Shown: piece by piece, positions 22,101 through 34,100 of the stretch
How the letters are laid out: each line of letters starts with the position of its first letter
Numbering within the stretch: position 1 is the stretch's first letter
Source of the DNA: Heptranchias perlo
Lineage: Eukaryota
Direction of reading: 5' to 3'
NCBI RefSeq assembly: GCF_035084215.1
Contig: NC_090348.1
Coordinates: 26,288,001-26,352,000 of the forward strand
Length of the DNA stretch: 64,000 bases
Made by a program: the position numbers and the translations under genes
Notes under the pieces: model-generated
Databases searched by the model: none
What the model saw: the letters and a program-made list of their open reading frames with translations, nothing else
Told to the model about the DNA's origin: nothing

Positions 22101-25100
22101 CCTCTTTAGAGTTGTATTTGTGGGGTGGAATTTTACTTTCATGAGAGTGAGCGGCCCCAATGCTCATGAAACAAGCTTTGATTACACAATGTTTGTCAGT
22201 CACTCTCATGGCAGATGTAGAATAAAGCCTCAACAAATGTGCAATAATTCTAACGAAAGGATAACACCATTTACTGCACCACTGTGAATTTTTCCATTTC
22301 CAGTGTTGGAAATGTTTTAAATCTGAAGGCTAATTTTTCTGCCTGGTCATAGTCAATAGATAGAAAATCCAGCCTCAATGAGAATGCTGTACATTATGGG
22401 CAGTTTTGTTCCATGACCCACACTTTTTAGGAACTGGGTTTAGAATACTCCAGTCTCTTTTTTTCATGTAGAGTCCTTTATAGCCTGCTGAGAGAAAATG
22501 CTTTCATCCCATTAATTTGCATTGGATTTAAATCTACATGAGGTCATTGTAAAGGGGACTTGTCAACTACAGAAGAGAGATATAGGAAAATAATACTTCA
22601 GAAAAGTTTGACTAGGCATTTAAAATGATTGTAATGTTTAGTTAAGTAATAGTAAACTATGGGACTTGGCCCTTAATCTGGCTATTCAAAAAAAAAATTA
22701 TTAAAAGGCTTCCTATGTTCATGTAATCTGAAAATATTCACAAAAATCAGCTTTAAGTTTATCCATACTATATAGGGGAGATCATCTGCCTGGTTTTGGG
22801 CAGGGATGGAAAATATGCCCGGGAGCTGTGCTGCCAGCTCCCTGCTGGTTATCCAACATCTAAGGATCTTCCACAGGAAGTGATGGTGACTGTTGAATAT
22901 AGACAAATATTGACAGGCATATTCGAAGTGGGTGGTAATGGTAGGATGATTTCATATGATGATTTCTCCCTCATTGGATGCAAGGGACACTAGTAAGTTA
23001 CTTTTGTCTAATGTTGCTATGAATTTTAAATCCACCCCTAAAAGAACCTGACTCCCCTTCAGTGGCTGTGGAGGCAGCCCCATTCTGTTGCTGCAAGTGC
23101 CTGAAGCCTGCAGCAGTATTTTTTATAATTTAAACTGAATTCAGAAAGTCAGTTGGATTGAACTCTTAAGACAAAAGGGCAGGCAGAATCACATCTTGCA
23201 GTGAAAGTGGAAAATCTTACCTTGTGTCTCAAATATGTACTTTTATTCAAGGAATAATGGCTTATCTCGTTCATTCGGGAGATGATATGAAAATGGGCTA
23301 AAAACAGACTAATTGATATGCACTATTAACCAGTGTTTCACTTTGTACAATTTTCTTCAGACAGTGTCTTTAGTAAAGACTCAAACACCAAGAAATTGAA
23401 CCTTGGTATTGAAGAGGGTAATCCTGAATCAAATGATGCTAGCAATGCAGAAGAGAAGAAATTGACTATGATCTCTGAGGTGAACCAAGATTTTGATGAG
23501 TTCATGGATTCCCACATGAAGAAGGTTCTGGTGTTGGCTCCCCCGGCAAGAACTGCATTAGTTGGTTGTGGAGAAAAGTTAACAAAGTTGGATCAATGCC
23601 TTCAAGTAGAAGAGAAGAAAATCACCTTGGAAGAAGTTGGCATTCTCATCAGGTTTGACTGACTTGTATTTGAAAATTATATCTGTGGAGGCACAGTTCA
23701 TGTGTAATCTGGAAAGACTAGGGAAAAACAGTGAAGTGGGTAATGACTGGAAATGGACATAATTGGTGAGAGAATGAGGTAATTATCTTCCCTATGGATT
23801 GCTTTCCCAGTGGATTTCTGGTTAAGACAATCCATAGCTGAGCCATACAGATCAGGAAGCTTTCTGGTTCAGTGCCTGGTTTGTACTGAGTTAGCTGACA
23901 ATAGTGAGGGCAAAGGGCTACAATTGACCTCCTGCACTCCTGGGGTAAAGAATGGAAAATTGGTCAGGATTGCCACTCCTGTTAATTGATCCCTGCTGGA
24001 ATTGTGCAAGTGAACATAGGAGGGAGTCCACACTTGAATAGTCAATAAGACTCGCTGTCTTGGTACACAAATTAAGAATGACCGTTTGGCCCAGGTACTG
24101 GAGGTTGACTGGTGCATATGGAATGGTACCCCAGCAGGAATTTAATGCCTTCAGGAGAGACAGAGGGAAAATAATAAAGAAAATAAATTAAGTGAGAGAG
24201 TGGAAAAGGAAAACCAAGGTGGAAATTTAAAAAAAACAAATGAAATAGAAAACTTTGGTTTACTGTTTCCTATAGTTAAAGTGGAGATGAATCTAAATTG
24301 ATGGAATACATCCAAAGAATATTTAAACAGAAAGAGTAGGGTGAGAAGATTGGAAGCTATCTGACCACCACAACAACATTTCAGAAAGTCAATAGCACGA
24401 TCTCGGACCTCTTAGTTTGGCATCTTTAGTAGAAAAAATTGGAAAATGATTCATTGTAAAGAAAGCAATTTGAGAATATTTAAAAGAAGGCAGTGGCTGG
24501 GAGAGAGGAGTATTCCTAACTTGAAATACAACTCACGTGTCTAATAAGCACTTCTGCCCATGAGGAGATATTTCAACTTTTTGGAGCATCAAAGCAACCT
24601 GCATGATTCATCCTAGGTGGAAAAGGTGATATATGGGTTGACTTCATCTTTCGGCTTCTTTCATTATGTCGGCATGAGATTGACATTCTTTGTGGTATCT
24701 TGATGTTGCTTTCTGAATTTTTCCACAGTGGTGGTGACTGTGCACATCTGAAGGATGAAAATCTTTTACTGTCCCTGGGGAAAATATTTCCATTGATTGA
24801 TAAAATCACCAAAAGGGAGGTAGGTGAAATCTGTGCCCTGCTGTGACGTCGGAGTCACAGCCATACTGTGGCAATAGAAGAAATTGCAAATGGCCTGTGA
24901 GGAGAACAGGCTGAAGGCGCCAAATAGACCGTCCTCATCCCATGCTTTATGTTCTGAATATTAGTGAGTCTAGCACCAACAATGGCAAATTAAAGAATAC
25001 AATTACATTTTGTCCATTAAATGTTCCAGTCCTTGAATACATTTATAGATGTAAATTTCTTGTTTTGGACTAAAGGGAACATTGATGGTAGAACTCTAGC

Positions 25101-28100
25101 AAGAGTAGATATTGTGGGGTGAAAATTGGAAGATGAAACAAAAAGAAAATTCCCTAAAATTCTCTGATTATTGCTGCAGTCCTTGAAGTATAACAGTGAG
25201 GGGGAGGGGGAACGCTGTATATTTTCTGCACCCTTCAGTGAAAGAGCAAAACTGAGCAACTGCAACCTGAAAGAACATTGGACTCCATTTTGGTCTCTCT
25301 GGCTTGCCCCAGAGACGAGTGACATTATTCTGCCTGTGTGACCTCATATTTAATTATGCTTGCGTTTTCAAATTAAATTTGGCTATGAAATGAAATATTC
25401 CAGCATGTAAGGTAATTCACATGAAAATTTCTCATTTTTGAATTATGCAGCAATAGCTATAAAATAAGAAGCAACAAAAAAGGTGTCAATATCATATATT
25501 TATATATATATATAGATATATATATATATATATATATATATTTAGCAAAATAAAGCAACAATATTGCAACAATAATATCGTGGGAAGGCTTTAAGCTAAT
25601 TTAGGTGCAAACACAAAGAATTTCTTTCAATCACTGTTGTACAGGAAAAAATAATATGGAAGGTGGAGGGGAAAAGAACAGATGCAGCCATGCTAGTACA
25701 TATGACAGGCCCAGGCCAACCCCCAAACAATGTGATCGGCAGGAAGAAATACAGAGACCTCCGGAACTCCAACACCACCTGTCCAGAGTAGACATCAGTT
25801 CTTTTTCCTCTCAACCTTCTGTGTTATTTTTTCCTAACAGTGATTACACTTTGAAACCAATTGGCTTGGTTGAGGAGGATGAACTGATTTCATAAATCTG
25901 TTCTGTACTGAGCTTATCTCACTTACAAGAGACAAGCGTAGCTGATTTTAACTGTACAATTTTAAGTGAAGAATGAGAGACTGTTCAGTCTGAAGTTCCT
26001 TGACCATTAACCATCAACCACCTGTAGGAGGGACAACTAAAAATTCACCAATGTATCTACCACACTCCAGCACAGCTGCATTGTTGGTGGACTATTCTAG
26101 ACCAGTGCTTGAGACAATGGGGGCGTCCGCTCTCACTCACATATCTTCTGGTCTTGCCTCTTGGTCCTTGATACTGGATCAAGGAGGTCACATCCATTAC
26201 AGGTATCGCACCCAACTCACAGCATTGTGCCCTGTGCCTTTCTGTAAAGATCTCATCGGGCAACGGAATAGGACATTTAAATTGGCCTTGTTCATTGTAC
26301 ACCACTTTTCAAATACAAGTAGTGTATCTCATCAGATCTATATGCATCCATAGTGGGGTGAAGCCCGTTTTAAATGGGAAAAGTGAAGTTGCAAGAGGGT
26401 TGAAACTCCCTGTTTCATCTCTACTAATGGGTTGACGTCTCACCCTCTCAGTGCTGCCTGGATTTTGTGCTCAAGTCTCTGGAGTGAGACTTGGGCCCGC
26501 GACCTTCTGACTCAGAGGAGGAGTCCTACCACTGAGCCAAGGCTGACACCTGGGGCTCGATTTTAGGGTCGGGTTACCTGCGGGTTTCCAGCGGGGGGGC
26601 CCCGAAAATCCCGATCTCCGATCACGTGACCGGATTCGGACGAAATCCCGGCCACTTCCGGGTACCGCGCTGACGTGCGGGGCTGCGCGCGCAAGCCCCG
26701 CTGGTGGGAATCCCGCAGGCAATTAAAGCCAGCGGGGTTCCACTTGAGAGCACTTAACTTGCTCGTTGTGGTCAGTTAATGAGCTGAAGCAGCTGTCAAA
26801 AGAGGAAGTGTGGGATTTTACGGTCAAAGCAGTCAGTTTCCCACACTGGGGGAAACAGGACCCTTCAAACCAGGCGTGTTGCAGCCAGCAGCCTGTGCCA
26901 GGTGCCAAGGTGCGCTCCACGGGGGAGCGCCCTCACCCACGCAGGAGGCCACCGCGTCACATAGGGCAACCCCTGCCCTCCACCAACCCCCGCCAAGCCA
27001 GAGGACAGACCGACACGAAACCGCAGCCCCAGTCCGAGGACCCACCTACCTACCCTGCACAACCCCTCACACCAACACCTGCCAGATGGGTGGTGCGTTG
27101 ACATCGTCGGAGGACGAACAGGATGACCAGCCCCAGCAGCCTCGCAGTCCACGCCGTCCGCCTCGGAGAGGTGGGGCCCCCCAACACGGTGCTGCGGCAC
27201 ACCCACCTGCACAGCAGGAGGGAGGGCAACCGCAGAGAGAGATGCGTCGCAGGAGGCACTACCCTCCGCACAGGGTGTACAGAGCGAGGCTCAGCTTCAT
27301 GGACCTCTCCGAGGAGCAGTGCATACGGAGGCTCAGAGTCAATCGCCAGGTAGTCGCCGACATCTGCAGCCTCCTTAACGACGAGCTGCTCCCTGATGGA
27401 CCAAGCAGCATCTTCTTACCGGTCGCCGTCAAAGTCACCACTGCCCTCAACTTCTTCGCATCCGGTTCCTTCCAGGGTGCCACCGGGGACATCACCGGGG
27501 TCTGTCAGTCCTCTGCACACAAGTGCATAAGGCAGGTCACCGATGGGTTGTTCCGCAGGGCCTCCCACTACATCAACTTCGCCATGGACGAGCGCAGCCA
27601 GATGGAGAGGGCGGTTGGATTCCATGCCATGGCCGGCTTCCCACGGGTGCAGGGTGTAATCGACTGCACCCACATCGCAATACGGGCACCTCCGCATGAG
27701 CCAGGGCTGTTCATCAACAGGAAGGGGTATCACTCCATGAACGCCCAGCTCATCTGTGACCACCGCCAGAGATTCCTACACGTGTGCGCCAGATACCCCG
27801 GCAGCTGCCACGATGCCTTCGTCCTCAGGGAGTCCGCCGTCCCGCCCATCCTGCAGGCACCCAACGCCGGCAACGGCTGGCTCCTCGGCGACAAGGGGTA
27901 TCCCCTCCACACGTGGCTCATGACACCTCTGAGGAACCCCATCACCGAGCCGGAGCGTCGGTACAATGACAGCCACACTGCTACCAGGTCTACAATTGAG
28001 CAGACCATAGGGCTTCTCAAGATGCGCTTCAGGTGCCTTGATCGTTCTGGGGGAGCGCTCCAATACACACCATTCAGAGTGGGAAGAATCATAGTTGTCT

Positions 28101-31100
28101 GCTGTGCCCTGCACAACATGGCCCAACAGAGAGGGGTGCCGCTGGAGGAGGCCCCATCCACACCCGCCACCCACATTGAGGAAGGCGAGGGCGAGGAGGA
28201 GGAGGAGGAGGAGGAGGAGGAGGAGGCGGAGGAGGAGGACGCACCCGAGGATGTTGGACGACCCATGCGCCGAGCCGCGACTCACTGGGATGGTCGCCGG
28301 GCCAGGGACGCACTCATACGTCAACGGTTCTCCTAGAGTCAGACACTGCGAGGCGCTCGCATCTCCTCACCTGCACATGCGAGCGGCCATACCAGCCCCC
28401 TCCACTGAAGAGTGCTGCCAGTAATCCTGCACCCACAGCAGTGTGCCCAATGGGTGGCAGCAGGTGTTCGCCGTCATGATGGCCTCCACGGAACGCACCT
28501 ATTGCACAAGCCGCGGAAGAATGGACGAGAGGTGGCAGGAGTGGTGAGAATAGACTATTTAATATGTGGAATGTGACATCATTTAAGAAACAAAGTACAA
28601 AATAATAAACACCCTGGTGTATTCCCTTTGTGATTATAAGGCCTTTGGAATTCTTCTCCGGGAACCCCTACGTGGTGCTACCCCTGTGGCTCCAGCAGAG
28701 GTAGTGGCAGGTTGCTCGTCTTCTTGCCTTGACCGGGTAGATGCTTTTGGCGGACGGCCCCTGGGTTTCGGTGCCCGTGAGGGCACCTCCACAGACTGCT
28801 CCTCCTGCACCGGGGCAGGGGCAGACTCGGCCACCTGGAGAGGAGGCACCATTGCGGGTGCTGGTTGAGAGGTGGGCGACGGGTGGGACGTGGGGACGCC
28901 TTGAGAGGCGTCCCCGCTTCCATGTCCCCGGTCACCATCATCCCTCTCTTGGCCTCGGCCCACATCACCCCTTCCACCCTGCTGGACGGCAGTTTGGATG
29001 GCATGTGTGAGGCCTTGCAAGGCCACCCCTAGTATATCCCTCAGCCTGTTGGTGGCGTCGGAATGTTGCTCACCCTGAATCCGTACAGACGTTGTCAGGG
29101 CCTGCAAGGACTCGAAGTGGAGCTGTGCGTGACGCTCGAGGGAGGCCAGCCTGTCCTCCACCGCAGACAGTCCCGCACCTACCCGCGACACTGTGTCGCC
29201 GGTACCCTCCTGTGCCTGCGCCACCAATGCCCACATGCAGGAGGTGGACTCCTCCATCGCCTGCGCTATTGTGGACAATGCGCGCGGCACCTCTGCCAGC
29301 ACCTCAGCAATTAGCTGGTGGCCCTCGACGACTCTCCTTTTCTCTGGTGGCCCCCTGGGTTCAGCATCTGGGTCCGGCTGAGCAGAGCCTGGAGATGAGT
29401 GCTCCCTCCGTCGCGGACCCTCCGCGGCTGCCCCTGCCACCAGGGTCTGCTCATGCTCACTCGTGCGCAGTGACTCACCAAGTGCTACCCCAACTAGTTG
29501 GCGAGGGGGACCCACCGAGGTGCGTGTCTCTGCGCTGGTGGATGGTTGGCTCTGATGTGACGATGCACCCTCAGAGACCGCCATGTCCTCTGAGGAATCG
29601 CCCTCCACGCTCGCTTGATCCAAAGACGCACCTGCAAGAGAACAGAGGGCACTTTGAGGCATGTGGACCAACTTGACAGTGCGCCTGATGGCAGGTGATG
29701 ATACGGTCACTCGCGATCATGGGTGTTGAGTGTCAGCTTTCCCTTACCGGCCGTTTCGGCAGCGACACACTCGCCATCGGCCACCGACAGGCAATGTCGC
29801 GTGCGGGCGAGGTCGAGCGCCTCCACCTCTGCGTCGGTGAGCTCCACCACTTGCGGCGGCCCACCTCCGGTGCGTGCCCTTTCCCGATTGTTCTTGCTCC
29901 TCTTCTCCTGTGAAGGCAAAACACAGATGTGTGAGTGGGTGCGTCTTGCATCGTGAGACGCATCGAGCATCGGTGTGGTTGGGTTGAGCGTGGCGCGGAA
30001 CGGATGGGAGGAAGTGTGGGCCACGTGCCCATCCCATTGCATGGGGATTGGGGTGTGTGGTAGTGTTCGGGTGGGGTCAGGGACGGTGGGTACTTGCGTG
30101 CACGGCGAGGATGGTGAATGAGTGGCTGTGAGGATTGCTGATGGAGCGCAGTGGTGGCTGTGCAGGAGGGGGTTGTGATCTGCTTGGCGTGATGGTGGGG
30201 ACGGGATGTGGGAGGGTGCGTTGGTGTACTCACCTTGCCAGACCTAGTCAGGTCATTGAAGCGCTTGCGGCACTGCTCCCAAGTCCTTGGGGTGTTGCCC
30301 CTGCTGCTCACCTCCGCCGCCACCTCTGCCCATGCCTTCCTGGTTGCGGCGGCAGGGAACTTGCGCCCATCCTCAGGGAAGAGTGTTTCCCTCCTCCTCC
30401 TCACGCCCTCCAGCATCAGCTGCAGTGCCAGATCTGAAAAACGGGGCGCAGCCTTTCCCCTTGGTTGAGCCATTCTCCCAGACCTCTTGCTTGCAGCAGG
30501 AGGGGCTTTGGGAGACTGCCCCTTTAACTGGAGCTCCTACATCGCGTCGACGGTACTGCGCATGCGCAGCCGGCCGGCACGCAGCTGGGGAGCGGAGAAC
30601 CCGGAAGCAGGCCTTAATGGGTCCAATTATCCCGCGATCGCGTGGGGGACGCACACAATTACCCGTCCGCGTTTTCCACGCTCCCGGAGGACCACCCGCT
30701 GGGAACCCGCAGGCCTGCTAAATTCGAGCCCCTGGAGTTTGCATTCTTCCTGGGAAGTAGGAGTTTTTATGGGAAAGTTTTCTTCAGGAGGTTAAATGGT
30801 GGGAGTAGAATTCATGGTAGAGTAGATTCTATATGGACTTGGGTTTGATGGGCCAAATGGTCTTTTTTTTCATTCCATGCGTCTTGTGTTGAATGGTTGG
30901 TTAACAAATGTCCAGCGTTGCAAAATGGGCATTTAGTACATTAATGGGTTCATCTTCCCCTTTGTCCTAATCACTGCGTTAAAATAGTGCAAATACATTA
31001 GCTGGGCACTAAATGTCGCACACAGAAGAAACAGAACCTAAAAGAGTTAAATAGCTTCTGCTGATCATTAAAGCAAACCGACCTTGAGCATAAGATAGAG

Positions 31101-34100
31101 ACTCGGAAGCTTGGGCTGCCATGGCGAAAGCATCTCGGGAGTCCCAAGGGAGCGTCAAGGGAGTTTAGAGAATAAGAAGAGATTGGCAAAATCGACAAAT
31201 AATATCAATGCAAGTCTTGCTAAGTCTTCCTGTTTTATTTCTATTTTTCATTATGTCACCAAATGATTAGGGGTGGGAGGGAAGAAGGTGGTTCTGTATT
31301 GTGCGAATGTTTTCTAGCTGTTTTAATATATTTTGTTACTTGGTTACGCCCATATTTGGGTCCAATGAGGAAGGAGGCATTGCTGGATCTGGTTCTGGGG
31401 AATGAAGTGGGTCAAGTGGAGCAAGTGTCGGTGTGGGGGAACATTTAGGGAACAGTGATCATAGTGTCATAAGATTTAGATTAGTTATGGAAAAGGACAA
31501 GGAGCAATCTAGAGTAAAAATACTTAATTGGAGGAGGGCCAATCACAGTGGGTTGAGAATGGATCTGGCCCGGGTAAATTGAAATCAAAGATTGGCAGGC
31601 AAAACTGTAATCGAATAATGGGCGGCCTTTAAAGATGAGATGGTTCGGGTACAGTCTAGGTACATTCCCACAAGGGGGAAAGGTAGGGCAACTAAAGCCA
31701 GAGCCTCCTGGATGACGAAAGAGATAGAGAGTAAGATGAAGCAGAAAAAGGGGGCTTATGTCAGATGTCAGGTTGATAACACAAGTGAGAACCAGGCTGA
31801 ATATAGAAAGTAAAGAGAAGTGGAAAAAAGTGGAAAAAAGAGAGTATGAGAATAGGCTGGCAGCTAACATGAAAGGGAATCCAAAAGTCTTTTGTAGGCA
31901 TATAAATATTAAATGGGTAAACGGGCAATAGGTGACATCATAACAACTTTTTTACGCAGTGACTAGTTATGATCTGGATTGCTCTGCCTGAAAGGGTGGT
32001 GGAAGCAGGTTCAATCATGGCTTTCAAAAAGGAACTTGCTAAATATTTGAAGGGAAAAAATTTGCAGGGCTACGGGGAAAGAGCGGGGGAATGGGGCTAA
32101 CTGGATTCGTCTTACAAGGAGCCGGCACGGACTTGATGGGCCGAATGGCCTCCTCCTGTGCTGTTACCAATCTATGATATTTGTATGTGTCCATTGCAGA
32201 AGTCCAATCTTGTGTTCAAATCCCACCATGGCCTCGCCCCTCCCTATCTCTGTAACCTCTTCCAGCCCTACAGCCCTGTGAGAACTCTGCATTCCTCCAA
32301 TTCTGGCCTCTTGTGCATCCCTGATTTCCTTTGCTGCACCATTGGCGGCCGTGCCTTCAGCTGGCAAGGCCCCAAGCTCTGGAATTCCCTCCTTACACCT
32401 CTCCGTCTATACTTCTCTCTCCTCCTTTAAGACACTCCTTAAAACCTACCTCTTTGACCAAGCTTTTGGTCACATGTCCTAATATCTCCTTTTGTGGCTT
32501 TGTAAAATTTTGTCAGATAACGCTCCTGTGAAGCACGTTGGGATGTTTTATTACAGGTGTTATATAAATGCAAGTTCATGTTGTAATGAAGAAAAATCGT
32601 GCTGTGTTCTTGAGAATTGTAATGTTGTGCATCAATGTCCATTTAGGTGATTCTGTAATAGTTTGAGTATCACTGTCTTTGCCAAAGATGTTTGCTAAAT
32701 GCAGAAGTGCGGCAATCATTATCATGTTCTAATAATCTTCATTTCCTATAACGTAGGTTAGGAATGGTGTTGTGGTATCCCCTACACTGTCATCTGGTGC
32801 CTTTGCAGCACGCTACAGTACAACAGTTGGAGCAAGCAAGTATATAAATGTTGAATTTTACTTAAACTGATATTTCTTTTCTCTGTCAATTTTCAACCCT
32901 TGGTGCCTGCTCTCCTAAAAGTATCAACTCTTTGAGATACACTTCCACAGTATTACCTGTCCTCCAGCACCTCCCCCAGATGGTGAATGTTAGCAGGCTG
33001 AGCCGAAATGCATCCACTCTAGCATCTACACATGCGCTTCCAGGAGGGAATTTTGAATAGCAATTGGGAATAGAACCATAGCGATTTTTCCCCTCCCTAA
33101 TTTAGGGCCATATGCTAACGGTAGTGACTCTACTGCCATCCCCACTGAATTCAGCTAAACGAGCAGAGACTAGAGATCGAACCTGGCCATCGCCATTCAT
33201 TACAAAGTCACTCAAATATTGGCAATGGAGATCGAGATTATGTACTTGTGCACTGACCAGAGTGACTTATCTGCTAATCACTGATTTTACTGCTGGAGCT
33301 CAGAATGAAAGAGAACATAAGAAAAGTCAGGAATAAGGAAAGCCCACCTCTTTAGGCCATAAACTCTCCCATCGTGCATGTAATTGTATTTTGAATGATT
33401 CCAATGATTTTGGAAAAATCTGCCGAGTAAGATGATCAAGGCAAACATCTCTCACTATTTAAGAGGCTTTTCCTCATATGTTCAACATTTAATTGCACAA
33501 ATTTCTGTTTATGTCTTCTGGTCCAGTCTTGGCTTTCTTTAAACTTAGATAAATAAAATAGGTAAATCCTGATTAATATTTTCCCACTTAACCACCTTCT
33601 TTCTAGATTTTAAACCCTGTACTTCTCTGACCTTTTCTTGTAACTCATCCCATTTATTTTTGGAAACAGTTTTGTGCTCTTTTTCTATACCCCTTCTAAT
33701 AACTACATTTTTTTTTTGTGGCATAGTAACCAAAATGAATAATGTATTCAAAATGTGGTCTGACTAGTTCACTGTAGTCTTAGCATAACTTCACTTCTAC
33801 TGTCCTACCATTCTATTAGCTTTTCAGTTACTATCTGGATATTGAAAATGACTTGTCTACGAATGCTGTGAATTATGTTTATTCTCTCCTTGAAGAGTTT
33901 TACTTCTGCTGCTTGGGGAAGCTGATATTCCAACTGATGTTAAAGATGATGAGTAAGTTCCCTCTGTTTATCCCACAAACAATATTTTAAATCTTAATAT
34001 TTTAAAATTTTCATGTAGCTTAAAAACCTGTTCTCAGTCGGAGAATGATTGTTTCCTTTCGGACTTGTAAATGTTTCGAAAAGACTATTAGAGCTCCTTC

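Larger units (their letters stand above)
26553..30731. mobile_element. Autonomous PIF/Harbinger DNA transposon, apparently intact
   Basis: TIRs GGGCTCGATTTTAG / CTAAATTCGAGCCC (13 of 14 match); 3-bp TSD CTG (26550-26552 and 30732-30734); convergent transposase and Myb/SANT genes. Confidence 0.95.

Noticed and set aside
26810-27085. 92-aa N-terminal extension of the transposase (508-aa ORF in the track)
   Set aside because: It starts at GTG in GC-rich sequence with no recognisable similarity; the ATG at 27086 is the more plausible start.
27086-28336. Domesticated host gene HARBI1
   Set aside because: It sits within TIRs and a TSD with a partner Myb gene, so it is a transposon copy.
32836-32841. 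GC-AG donor (GCAAGT) for HDAC10 coding exon 15
   Set aside because: It gives the wrong phase; the GT at 32840 keeps the frame with the next exon.
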